NCBI GenBank assembly: GCA_050179755.1
Contig: JBFXEV010000001.1
Span: 9,994-73,993 of the forward strand
Source: Candidatus Babeliales bacterium
Lineage (GTDB): Bacteria; Babelota; Babeliae; Babelales; JBFXEV01
DNA: 64,000 bases
Direction: 5' to 3'
Within the stretch, counting starts at the first letter, position 1; the number at the start of each line of letters is the position of its first letter. The translations under genes and the position numbers were made by a program. The notes beneath the pieces are model-generated. The model saw nothing but the letters and a program-made list of their open reading frames with translations. It ran no database searches and had not been told where the DNA came from. Positions 40,745 through 50,124 of the stretch are shown here, one piece after another.

Positions 40745-41401
40745 ATGCAACAATCACGTGGATTTCTGGTTGCCTTTGAAGGCATTGATGGTTCTGGCAA
40801 AAGTTCACTTATACAAACAGTGGCGCAAGCACTTTCACAAAAATACATACCCGTTGTACTCACCAAAGAACCAGGGGGATCGCAACTGGGCAAAACATTA
40901 CGTGCTTTACTGCAAGAACAACCAGTTCCAATTGACCATCGTGCTGAATTTTTATTGTTTGCAGCAGATCGCGCACAACACATGCAAGAAATTATTAAAC
41001 CAGCGCTTGCACAAGGAAAGTTAGTTCTTTCTGACCGCCTTGCCGATTCTTCTATTGTCTATCAAGGATACGGCCGAGGTCTTGACATTACTATGATTAA
41101 ATCAGTGAACGCGTGGGCGCTTGATGGCGTTGCACCCGATCTTACTATTTATGTCTATATTGACGGACAAACTGCTACTGAACGTGTTATAGAGCGTGGC
41201 AAAGAATTAACCGCTTTTGAAAAAGAAGCACAGGATTTTTTTAATAAATTAATTAATGGCTATACTATGCTCTATAAAGATCGCAGCGATGTACTCGTGA
41301 TCGATGGTAGACAACCGCGTGAAGTAATGGCACAACAAGTTTATGATGCATTATTTACCTTATATATAGCCGGCTCAAGTACAAACGATACGTATGCATA
41401 A
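40745..41401 (+). CDS. tmk: Thymidylate kinase
   Basis: FEGIDGSGKS, KEPGG, LFAADRAQH and DR...SS..YQG. Confidence 0.96.
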   Translation: MQQSRGFLVAFEGIDGSGKSSLIQTVAQALSQKYIPVVLTKEPGGSQLGKTLRALLQEQPVPIDHRAEFLLFAADRAQHMQEIIKPALAQGKLVLSDRLADSSIVYQGYGRGLDITMIKSVNAWALDGVAPDLTIYVYIDGQTATERVIERGKELTAFEKEAQDFFNKLINGYTMLYKDRSDVLVIDGRQPREVMAQQVYDALFTLYIAGSSTNDTYA

Positions 41402-42122
41402 TCATCTACACCCTGCTCAGTTGTGGTTAGGCTCGCATGAACAACTTGCTTTAGAAACACTCAGTTATTTACAACAACAATTCTGCATGCAAAATGGTTG
41501 TGGGCTATGCACACCGTGCACGCAGGTATATGATAAACAGCATCATGGTCTTTTATGGTTAGAACCAGAAAAAAATTATACGCTAGAATCACTTGAACCA
41601 ATTAAAACAGCATGTGCTTATACACTTGAAGCTAATGAACATTTCTATTTTGTACTCAATAAAGCAGAACTATTATCAGTTGTTTGCCAAAATAGTTTAC
41701 TCAAAATTATAGAAGAACCGCCAACAGGTTATCATTTTATTTTACTTGCTACACACAAAGATGCAATTTTACCCACCATACAGTCACGTTGTATTCTTAA
41801 ATATGTCTCTTCTACCGGCGATACGTCAACTCATCCACTTGTTACTTTTTTTAAAGCAAGTATCAAACAAGATCCCAGCATATTATTAAAATTACTTGAA
41901 GAGCATAAACCTTCCGAACAAGAAAGCAATGCGCTTGTAAATCAATTACTTAACTTTTGGCTTAAAGAATTTAAACATACTGCTTCTCTACAAGAATCTC
42001 CACGGTACAATCAAGCTCAGCGCTTTATTATGATCTTAAATGAATGTCTTTTGAACCCACCAATGCCTGGTGGTACTGCTTTATTTTGGAAAAATGTATA
42101 TTTACAATTTTATACCTCATAA
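41394..42122 (+). CDS. holB: DNA polymerase III delta-prime-like subunit (short)
   Basis: Zn motif C...CGLCTPC, NSLLKIIEEPP and LPTIQSRC; conserved position after tmk. Confidence 0.8.
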   Translation: MHNHLHPAQLWLGSHEQLALETLSYLQQQFCMQNGCGLCTPCTQVYDKQHHGLLWLEPEKNYTLESLEPIKTACAYTLEANEHFYFVLNKAELLSVVCQNSLLKIIEEPPTGYHFILLATHKDAILPTIQSRCILKYVSSTGDTSTHPLVTFFKASIKQDPSILLKLLEEHKPSEQESNALVNQLLNFWLKEFKHTASLQESPRYNQAQRFIMILNECLLNPPMPGGTALFWKNVYLQFYTS

Positions 42123-42328
42123 TAAAACATTTTTCCCTTTTTTTTCGGCTTATTGGCAGCATCTTTTTTAAGCCATTGACATATAGCTTACACCTCTTTA
42201 GAATTGACTGTAGTCATCTATGGTAAAAAAGAAAGGAGCGTCTTGATATCTTATACTTGATTCACACGATTCAAAAATCTCAAATAATTTTAAAACTAAT
42301 CTCATAATTTCTTTAAAGGAAAACGTAT

Positions 42329-44332
42329 ATGAAAAGCCCCATTACTTTGAGTATAATGCTTTTAAGCATGTCGCTCGTGGCAACTCCACTTTTTGCAAAG
42401 TCTGATACAAACAAATTTACTTGCTGTCCAAAAATAAAACACGAACATAAATGTAAATCAGTTATTAACATTACAGCACACGATATTAATGAAGCTTCAA
42501 AGCATAGCGCTGAGGGTTTAGTTCTTCGCCATCCTGGTAACTATAAAGTTTGTGAGAATGTAAGATGGAAAACAAAAAGATCAGAAAGTTATGCAATAAC
42601 GATTAAGGCTGATAACGTATCGCTTGATCTAGATGGACATTTTATTAAACAACACGATACAACGCTTGCAAATAATTACGCAATACAAGTTACTGGTGAT
42701 ACACAATATACCCTTATCCACAATGGTACATTACAGCAAATTTCCGGTGGCGGTGTGATCGTGCAAGGGGGTGCGCGTGGCATAACTATTGATCAAATAG
42801 AGTGCAATAGATGCTGCTATGCGGGCCAACTTAATAATGACATATTCCCTATTCCATTCTTATCAGCAATAACTCTTTTTGGAACTTCAACTGCACCAAT
42901 TCAAAATGCTGTGATCACAAATTGTAATGTTACTGATAATGGAATCATTGGCATAGAACCAGTATGGTTCCAAGCAACAATAGCAGGCACTACTTTAACA
43001 CTGACTGAACCTCCGCTCTATCCACTTACTCCAGGTTTTGAGCTAAGACTTTCTGATGGCACAACTTCAGTTGGTATGGTTATCGCCAACATTGTTGAAC
43101 AACTCTCTCCAACTACATTTACCATTACGCCAACAGCACCCATTGGAGTTCCTACCACTATGACGGTAACGGATCCGAATGGCGCATTTGTTCCAGCATT
43201 ACCAATTGTTTCACCATTTGGACCTACATTCACTGGGTATACGTTTGCCATTAGTACACTCGGCACTTCAAATGTTTCGGTAGAACATAACATTGTAAAT
43301 AAGAGCTTTGGCTATACAGCATCATATGCACTGACATTCGTTGGTAGCCGTGGACTTGTTGTATCAAATAATCTTGTACACAATCTCACCACCTTTGGTT
43401 TAACAAAAGGTCTTTTCTTGGTATTTATGCAAGATTGTTTAGTAGAAGATTTGGCAGTAGATAATCTGGTTTGCAACGCCATACCACTTTTCTCAGACAC
43501 TTCAATTGGCCATGGAGCTGAAGGAACAAAAGTATCTGGAGTATCCAATACAATCTTGCGCAGAGTTACTTATGATGGAAGCACAGTGCAAACTGAAATA
43601 CCTACAACGCTCACTCACCCTACAGCATACTATGATTGTGTTGGATTAATCACTGATTTTATTGGATTATCTGATCTTTTAATTGAAGATTGTGTTGCTA
43701 AAAATATGATAAATGATGGTGGCCGAGTGGCAAGCAATCCATCATACACTGCAGGTTTTAACGCAGCAACATTCTTTGGCAATATTCAAAACTTGCACTA
43801 TTCACGTTGCACTGCCTTTAATATTACTGCCTCAGCAGGATATGCATGGGGCTTTGGTTGCAATCCAGGAGCACAGGCACTTGGCGATCCAAGCAATCTT
43901 ACATATTCAGATTGCGTGGTTCACAATGTAAGAACCATAAATGATGGTATCTACGCTGCAGGATTCTTAATTAATGGTACTGAAAACCAAGTGGTGCGAT
44001 GCTCTGCAAACCAAGTTGTAGGAAGCTCAGCTTATGGCATTCTTCTAGGTTCTACAAATTCTAGCCAAGGTACTCGTTGTATTATTGCCAATAACAGAGT
44101 AACTCATTGTGACACCTACGGGATCGTTGATGCTACAAATTGGAATGTTTCACATAACATTTTCAATAGCAACTATGCATACTTAAATGGCATTGCTGGC
44201 AACAATAATTACCAAATTAATTTTACAGTCAACCCAGTTCGTGCTTGGAGTACTACTGGTGCCCCAGACCCGGTAGATCAGTTTGGTATTCTTGATCCAG
44301 AACTTGATAACCTCGATATTCGTAGTTCCTAA
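42329..44332 (+). CDS. Secreted right-handed beta-helix protein
   Basis: Signal peptide, ITIKADNVSLDLDG and parallel beta-helix-type repeats with Cys/Asn ladders. Confidence 0.8.
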   Translation: MKSPITLSIMLLSMSLVATPLFAKSDTNKFTCCPKIKHEHKCKSVINITAHDINEASKHSAEGLVLRHPGNYKVCENVRWKTKRSESYAITIKADNVSLDLDGHFIKQHDTTLANNYAIQVTGDTQYTLIHNGTLQQISGGGVIVQGGARGITIDQIECNRCCYAGQLNNDIFPIPFLSAITLFGTSTAPIQNAVITNCNVTDNGIIGIEPVWFQATIAGTTLTLTEPPLYPLTPGFELRLSDGTTSVGMVIANIVEQLSPTTFTITPTAPIGVPTTMTVTDPNGAFVPALPIVSPFGPTFTGYTFAISTLGTSNVSVEHNIVNKSFGYTASYALTFVGSRGLVVSNNLVHNLTTFGLTKGLFLVFMQDCLVEDLAVDNLVCNAIPLFSDTSIGHGAEGTKVSGVSNTILRRVTYDGSTVQTEIPTTLTHPTAYYDCVGLITDFIGLSDLLIEDCVAKNMINDGGRVASNPSYTAGFNAATFFGNIQNLHYSRCTAFNITASAGYAWGFGCNPGAQALGDPSNLTYSDCVVHNVRTINDGIYAAGFLINGTENQVVRCSANQVVGSSAYGILLGSTNSSQGTRCIIANNRVTHCDTYGIVDATNWNVSHNIFNSNYAYLNGIAGNNNYQINFTVNPVRAWSTTGAPDPVDQFGILDPELDNLDIRSS

Positions 44333-44348
44333 AGACTATTTTTACAAG

Positions 44349-44374
44349 ATGGGCCACTCACACGAGTGGCCCAT
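44349..44374. other. Perfect GC-rich hairpin between beta-helix paralogs
   Basis: atgggccactc-acac-gagtggcccat; no U tract on the plus strand. Confidence 0.6.
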
Positions 44375-44390
44375 ACACTAAAGGGAAACT

Positions 44391-46385
44391 ATGAAAAATT
44401 TGTTATATCTGGCCATGTTGTTTTTTAGCGCATCATTAATCAATGAACAAATATTTGCAGAAACTCTAAACAGAAACAACAATCGATTATGTTGTCCAAA
44501 TAAAAAACAATGTAAAACATTCATCAACATTACTGCGCACGATATTAACCAAGCATCACAAGACAGCGCACAAGGATTGGTACTTGATAAGCCAAATACT
44601 AATTATAAGCTGTGCGAAAATGTAAACTGGACAACTTCAAGACCTAATAGTTTTGCTATTACCATTGCTGCTGATAACGTAACTCTTGATCTTAACGGTC
44701 ATACTATAAAACAACAAGATATAACCCAAGCTGCCAGCTTTGCCATTAACGTATTAGGCACCACAAATTTTACGATTATACAAAATGGAACTTTACAACA
44801 AATTTCTGGTGGCGGGATTCTTGTGAATGCCGGAGCACATTGTCTTACTATTGACGCAATCACCTGTAATCAGTGTTGCTACAATGGTCAAACTGCGGTG
44901 GTTCCTCCGCTTCCTGGACTAGATAATGCTGCTTCGGCACTGTTATTTAATGGATCTCCAGATGCCCTGATAGAAGACGTTATTATTACTAATTGCAGAT
45001 TCTGTGATAATGGAATAATTGGTACGGCTCCCGTATGGTTCACAGGAACAGTTTCTAATAGCACTACGTTAACTTTAACAGAGCCTCCGTTATATCCTGT
45101 GACGCCCGGCTTTATTCTTTCAAGCGGTGGAACTATACTTGGCACAATTGTTTCACAAGAATCACCAACAACATTTACTATTTCTCCAACGTCAGATATC
45201 GGGCCAGTGGCCATGACCGTAACTGATCCAAATGGTGCCTTTATTCCGTTTGGCAATGTTTCATTTATGTATGTAGCTTTTGCATCAAATATTACCGTTG
45301 AAAACTGCATTGGCTCTGGTAACTTTGGTTATTTTTTCTCGTTTGCTTTATTCTTTGTAAAATCTGAATTTATCAACATCTCTAATGTAAAAATAAATAG
45401 CCCAACTACTTTTGTACTATGCAAGGGTATGGAATTCGCGGGTTGCAATAATGTCATTGCACAAGACATAGATATAACTAATCTAACTATGAATTTTACA
45501 CCTGACGCAGATAACTTTGCTATTGGCCATGGCGCAGAAGGTATCAAATGTGGATCGAGCTTTGATTGTATTTTCCGCCGCATCAACTTTAGCCGTAGTC
45601 GCGTACAAACACAGGTGCCAACTGCCTTGACAGCGCCGACTGCTTATGTAGATTGCTGCGGCATATTTTATGATGTGCTTTCCGGCCTTGGTCCTATTAG
45701 AAATATCGTTGTAGAAGATTGTACAGCAGTAGATATGCGCAGTGATGGTGGCAAAGTCGCAAGTAATGTCTCGTATACTGCCGGCTTTAATAATAGCTCA
45801 GCAATTCTCTTTGGAACTATCCAAGAAGAAATGAATAATTTACGTTATGAAGGTTGTTCAGCTTCAGGCATTTTTGCAGAAGTTGGTTGGGCTTATGGAT
45901 TTGGTTCTTCACCAGAACCAAACTTTATTGCAATTGAAAACGATATTTCGTATGTAAATTGCATGGCGGAGGATATTACTATTACAGGTTCAGGCATTTT
46001 CGCAGCAGGATATATTCTTACAGCTGAAAGAAATATTATACGCGATTGCTCAGCAAATCGTATTTTGGATGAACGACCAAATCCTGCAGCGTATGGTGTT
46101 TTACTCGATAATTTAGGTGATGGCAACCAAGCAAGAGCGTGTATCATTGCAGAAAATACTATCACTAATTGTTCGACAACTGGAATTTTGGACATTAGTA
46201 CCTTAAATAACAATATCGTAAACAGTAATTATGCAGCATTGAACGGATTTTTAGGAGCTGGACCAAACTATGTTGGCCTTGCGCCAAGCAGTGCAGCCTT
46301 AATTCAAGATTGGCCACTAAATGGCGTGCCTGCAGCTCCGCCGGTGGGTGGGCCCGTATTGGCAAACGTTTCTGTACATAACTAA
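44391..46385 (+). CDS. Secreted right-handed beta-helix protein, tandem paralog
   Basis: Shares INITAHDIN, NGTLQQISGGG, LTLTEPPLYP, TDPNGAF and IGHGAEG with 42329..44332. Confidence 0.8.
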   Translation: MKNLLYLAMLFFSASLINEQIFAETLNRNNNRLCCPNKKQCKTFINITAHDINQASQDSAQGLVLDKPNTNYKLCENVNWTTSRPNSFAITIAADNVTLDLNGHTIKQQDITQAASFAINVLGTTNFTIIQNGTLQQISGGGILVNAGAHCLTIDAITCNQCCYNGQTAVVPPLPGLDNAASALLFNGSPDALIEDVIITNCRFCDNGIIGTAPVWFTGTVSNSTTLTLTEPPLYPVTPGFILSSGGTILGTIVSQESPTTFTISPTSDIGPVAMTVTDPNGAFIPFGNVSFMYVAFASNITVENCIGSGNFGYFFSFALFFVKSEFINISNVKINSPTTFVLCKGMEFAGCNNVIAQDIDITNLTMNFTPDADNFAIGHGAEGIKCGSSFDCIFRRINFSRSRVQTQVPTALTAPTAYVDCCGIFYDVLSGLGPIRNIVVEDCTAVDMRSDGGKVASNVSYTAGFNNSSAILFGTIQEEMNNLRYEGCSASGIFAEVGWAYGFGSSPEPNFIAIENDISYVNCMAEDITITGSGIFAAGYILTAERNIIRDCSANRILDERPNPAAYGVLLDNLGDGNQARACIIAENTITNCSTTGILDISTLNNNIVNSNYAALNGFLGAGPNYVGLAPSSAALIQDWPLNGVPAAPPVGGPVLANVSVHN

Positions 46386-46404
46386 TGTAATACAAAATCC
46401 TTAC

Positions 46405-46439
46405 AAAGAAAGGCCACATTGCTGTGGCCTTTCTTTTTT
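46405..46439 (+). terminator. Intrinsic terminator
   Basis: aaagaaaggccaca-ttgc-tgtggcctttc followed by tttttt. Confidence 0.85.
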
Positions 46440-46535
46440 AACTGGCATCTTAATACTTTAAGTACTTGTAGTACACATAGAGTTACAGTATACTACGAGC
46501 ACCTAGATATTATTAATTAAGAGCTCGTAGATATT

Positions 46536-48086
46536 ATGAACATACACCTCAAAAAAAATATATTTTTCCCTTTTCTTCTTAGTTTTACTCTCGTATGCCT
46601 TGCCCACGTCTATACACAAAAAAATGAAGCATCCTCCAAAATTATATACATTACCGAAACTGAAATTAACGCAGCTTCATTACAGAACGCTCATGGCTAT
46701 GTTATTAACAAGCCTGGCATATATATTTTGGAGAATGTTAATTGGAATGTAGCAAAGCCTGACAATTTTGCTTTAACCATTGCAACAGACAATGTACAGC
46801 TCGATGGTACAAATACACGTATTAAACAAATGGATTCTTTAATTAAACACGCTATTGCTATTCAAATACAAGAAAATTGTAAGAATATACAAATTAGTAA
46901 CGTTGTTTTTGATTCTCTTTCCGGTGGCGGCATATGGTGCCGTGGCAACAACACAAATATTATCATTAAAAACTGCAAATTTACTAATTGCGGCTATTTT
47001 GGCAACACACAACTAGATTCAAAAAATTTACCTTTTAATGCACCACGAGCGTGCACGCAAGGCATATTATTTGATGGAGGCCATGGCAAGCCAATTGTTA
47101 ATGCACAGGTAGTTGATTGCCTTTTTGCAGAATCCGGCATTCTGCGTACAGGTCAACAAGTTTTTGAATCAGATTGTGGTGCAGTACTTGCTTACCATGT
47201 ACATGACCTAACGATTAAAGGTTGCACTATTGATGGCTGTGTAGGCAAAAACACAGCCTATGCTATAAGCCTCATTGATATATCAAACGCATTAGTTTCC
47301 GATATATTTATCACTGATATTTTTTCAAGTGGCCATGCAGAAGGAATTTTTGCCTATGATGTTGATGGGCAAGTTATTGATGCATCGCAAACTGCTATTT
47401 TGTCTGGTTTGCCAGCGCATAAATATAGTTACATGCTTGATACGCATGACAGTTATAAGGAATTTGTGCTTCCTGATCCAAATTACCAGATAGAAGCCAA
47501 TCATCTAAAAGGTATAATACCCAAACATACGCAAATGATTGAAACCTTATTCAATGAACATAAATGGCGTGAATTTAGAACGCTTGGCAGATTAGTATGC
47601 CATCATGCAGATAAACGATCTGAAACTACAAGAATTTATGGAAAATGGGTAGAGCTTTTATGTGAACGAGTTCTTAATGTAAAAGTAAAAGTAGTGGGAG
47701 CATTTGCTAATTTATATGAAAACGGCAACATCCCGTTACCAGCACATCGTGACCAATATAAAAAATGGATTATTGGTTTAAGTTTTGGAGGTCCGAGAAC
47801 ATTAGAATTTGTGCCTGATGATCCTAGAGCTCAAATTGCATCGTTTGTAATGGATTCAGGTGACGTATTTATTTTTTCACCTGATGTAAATAATCGTTAT
47901 CAACATAGAATGCAAGAAGAACCAAGCAGCACTAGCCGCCGCATTAATCTCACCTATTTTATAGATATTTTACCAGGTCAAAATGCAAACAACTTAGTAC
48001 ACGCACCAAATATCAACGCTTCAATTATTCCTACCTATGAAGAAGCAGAAACTCTTTACAATCTACAAAAAGGAGCTGTTATATAA
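46536..48086 (+). CDS. Secreted beta-helix protein fused to an AlkB-like 2OG-Fe(II) dioxygenase domain
   Basis: N-terminal half is paralogous to the two upstream genes. C-terminal part has NLY..G, HRD, LSFG..R, GD, YQH and RRINLT. Confidence 0.8.
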   Translation: MNIHLKKNIFFPFLLSFTLVCLAHVYTQKNEASSKIIYITETEINAASLQNAHGYVINKPGIYILENVNWNVAKPDNFALTIATDNVQLDGTNTRIKQMDSLIKHAIAIQIQENCKNIQISNVVFDSLSGGGIWCRGNNTNIIIKNCKFTNCGYFGNTQLDSKNLPFNAPRACTQGILFDGGHGKPIVNAQVVDCLFAESGILRTGQQVFESDCGAVLAYHVHDLTIKGCTIDGCVGKNTAYAISLIDISNALVSDIFITDIFSSGHAEGIFAYDVDGQVIDASQTAILSGLPAHKYSYMLDTHDSYKEFVLPDPNYQIEANHLKGIIPKHTQMIETLFNEHKWREFRTLGRLVCHHADKRSETTRIYGKWVELLCERVLNVKVKVVGAFANLYENGNIPLPAHRDQYKKWIIGLSFGGPRTLEFVPDDPRAQIASFVMDSGDVFIFSPDVNNRYQHRMQEEPSSTSRRINLTYFIDILPGQNANNLVHAPNINASIIPTYEEAETLYNLQKGAVI

Positions 48087-48156
48087 AAATAATTGTAACT
48101 CTTGCATTTAAGTGCCTCTTCTTGGCATACTACAAACAACAAAGCAAGAGGCTCCA

Positions 48157-49590
48157 ATGCAGCATCACCTCACTCTCTGCATCTTCACCATCACCATGCC
48201 AATCTTTACGATGGAACCTTTTCTCTTAACAGATCAAGTACCTCAACTTCACGAACTGTGCATGCGCCATATTGTAAAAGCCATAAGCTCTCATAAACCA
48301 GAATTTTGCCGTGACCGCGAGTTCCACATAGGCAAACTGCAACAAGAAAATGCTACACTTCTTGAACAAGAAACCTGTGAAGATCTTAGAATAAAACTTA
48401 AAACACTTATACTTGAATGTTACCATGCATACCTTGAAGGTTGCCCCTGGCAAGAAGTAAAACCAACGCTAACCCCGACAGCTTCTCTTCTTAATGATCC
48501 AACGTTTTGCTATGATTATGCACCAGACCAAAAACTGCTTGCAGCTTTTATTAAAACACAAAAACAAAAATCTCTTCTACAGCTCTTTAGTCTTAAAAAG
48601 AAAGCTTTAATCTCGTTAGTAAGCATGGATCTAAGTACGTATAATAATGTACATAGTATTAAATTTAGCCCTCGTGGATCATATGTAGCAGTAGCTTATG
48701 GTGAACCTAACCATCGCCTTGAACATGTACTTATTCCCATTATACAATGCGCTCCAGGCTACATGCAAAAACGGCGTTTCCACATGCCTTCACTAAAAAA
48801 AGTACATGTCTATTCTGTGCATTTCAGCCCTGATGAGAGATATTTAATTACTCGTTCACTCCATAAAGTAACAATCAGCGATTTATTAAGTGACCAAATG
48901 AAACACTCTGAGATTGTGCCAATTACTGGCACCATCAAAAAAGATTATGCGTATGTGATGATAAGCCCTACCAGTTACCATCTTGCAGCACGTCAATATG
49001 GAGGCACTATTGATATTTATTCATATGCCAATGGCACACCTTATTTAATCTCCAGATTTGTATCTAATTTTCTTAATAATAGATTTCATTGGATGCCTTG
49101 TGGCACCAAATTGCTTATACAAGAAGCAAATACCAATCTTTATTGGAGCCCCTACACAGATACTATGCAAAATCTCACCACGCGCTTTCCACTTATTCAT
49201 GATCATGTGATGGCGCACAGCCCATGCCAAAAATATCTTGCATATAGTTCGCCAGTTGGAACAGTAATACTTGATAGCAAACTAAATAAATATTGGATTC
49301 TTAGTAAATTTCTTCCAAGCAGAATGACCTTTGATAAGCAGAGCAACCTGAGCATATTGCAATCAGATGGCACTACTACCACCCATGCACCATATGAATA
49401 TGGTGCAATGTCATTACCACAACTTCTATCAGTATGTTGGCTTGCAAAAAGTGTGCTTAATCCACATAAAAATACCAGTGCATTAGATAGCCACCATGCT
49501 GCCCATTGTATTACTGCCACAGAGGGGTTTCAATCTTTGCCAAGGCCAATACAGCTAGTGTTTATAAAGCGGATTAAAGGAAAACTATAA
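48157..49590 (+). CDS. Secreted WD40/beta-propeller-like protein
   Basis: IKFSPRGSYVAV, VHFSPDERYLIT, ISPTSYHLA and HSPCQKYLA blade motifs. Likely ATG at 48157; the track starts at 48112. Confidence 0.65.
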   Translation: MQHHLTLCIFTITMPIFTMEPFLLTDQVPQLHELCMRHIVKAISSHKPEFCRDREFHIGKLQQENATLLEQETCEDLRIKLKTLILECYHAYLEGCPWQEVKPTLTPTASLLNDPTFCYDYAPDQKLLAAFIKTQKQKSLLQLFSLKKKALISLVSMDLSTYNNVHSIKFSPRGSYVAVAYGEPNHRLEHVLIPIIQCAPGYMQKRRFHMPSLKKVHVYSVHFSPDERYLITRSLHKVTISDLLSDQMKHSEIVPITGTIKKDYAYVMISPTSYHLAARQYGGTIDIYSYANGTPYLISRFVSNFLNNRFHWMPCGTKLLIQEANTNLYWSPYTDTMQNLTTRFPLIHDHVMAHSPCQKYLAYSSPVGTVILDSKLNKYWILSKFLPSRMTFDKQSNLSILQSDGTTTTHAPYEYGAMSLPQLLSVCWLAKSVLNPHKNTSALDSHHAAHCITATEGFQSLPRPIQLVFIKRIKGKL

Positions 49591-50124
49591 TATATATTTT
49601 TTTAATACGCGATGCTGCGCGCCTTCAGCAGTAAGTTTAGACTCTTTTAGCACAAAAGAATTTATCTTAAAAGTGCATGAAGGAATATCAATACGTTCAA
49701 GTCTTTCTAAAAACTTAATTTGATCTTTAATAAATTTCACACGCGCAATGGTAATATGACTTAAAAAAGCACGATCTTCCACCACAGCATATTCTTTTGC
49801 AATGGATTGAATGTGCGCCACAAGCTCAAGCAATTCCTGGCCAAGTAAATCAATATACACTATTCTTAAGTCTTTATTTTGTGGCAAAATGCCTAATTGC
49901 CCTAATCTGACAGTAAAAGGGCTAAACTTAATTGCATCTAATGCAAGTCGTAGCGCACTAACTTTATTCTCAGGAACTTCGCCAAAAAAGTGCAACGTAA
50001 GATGCAACTGATCCCGTAGCACCAAGCGCAAATCACCACAACCAAGGTCTAATATTTTTCTTTGAATAGCAACTAATATATCTTTAACTTGCTCAGGAAA
50101 TTCCAGTGCAACAAAGATGCGCAT
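49585..50124 (-). CDS. thpR: RNA 2',3'-cyclic phosphodiesterase (2H family)
   Basis: MRIFVAL, two HxT motifs (HLTL and HITIAR) and ESKLT..GA.H. Confidence 0.92.
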   Translation of the reverse strand: MRIFVALEFPEQVKDILVAIQRKILDLGCGDLRLVLRDQLHLTLHFFGEVPENKVSALRLALDAIKFSPFTVRLGQLGILPQNKDLRIVYIDLLGQELLELVAHIQSIAKEYAVVEDRAFLSHITIARVKFIKDQIKFLERLERIDIPSCTFKINSFVLKESKLTAEGAQHRVLKKYIL

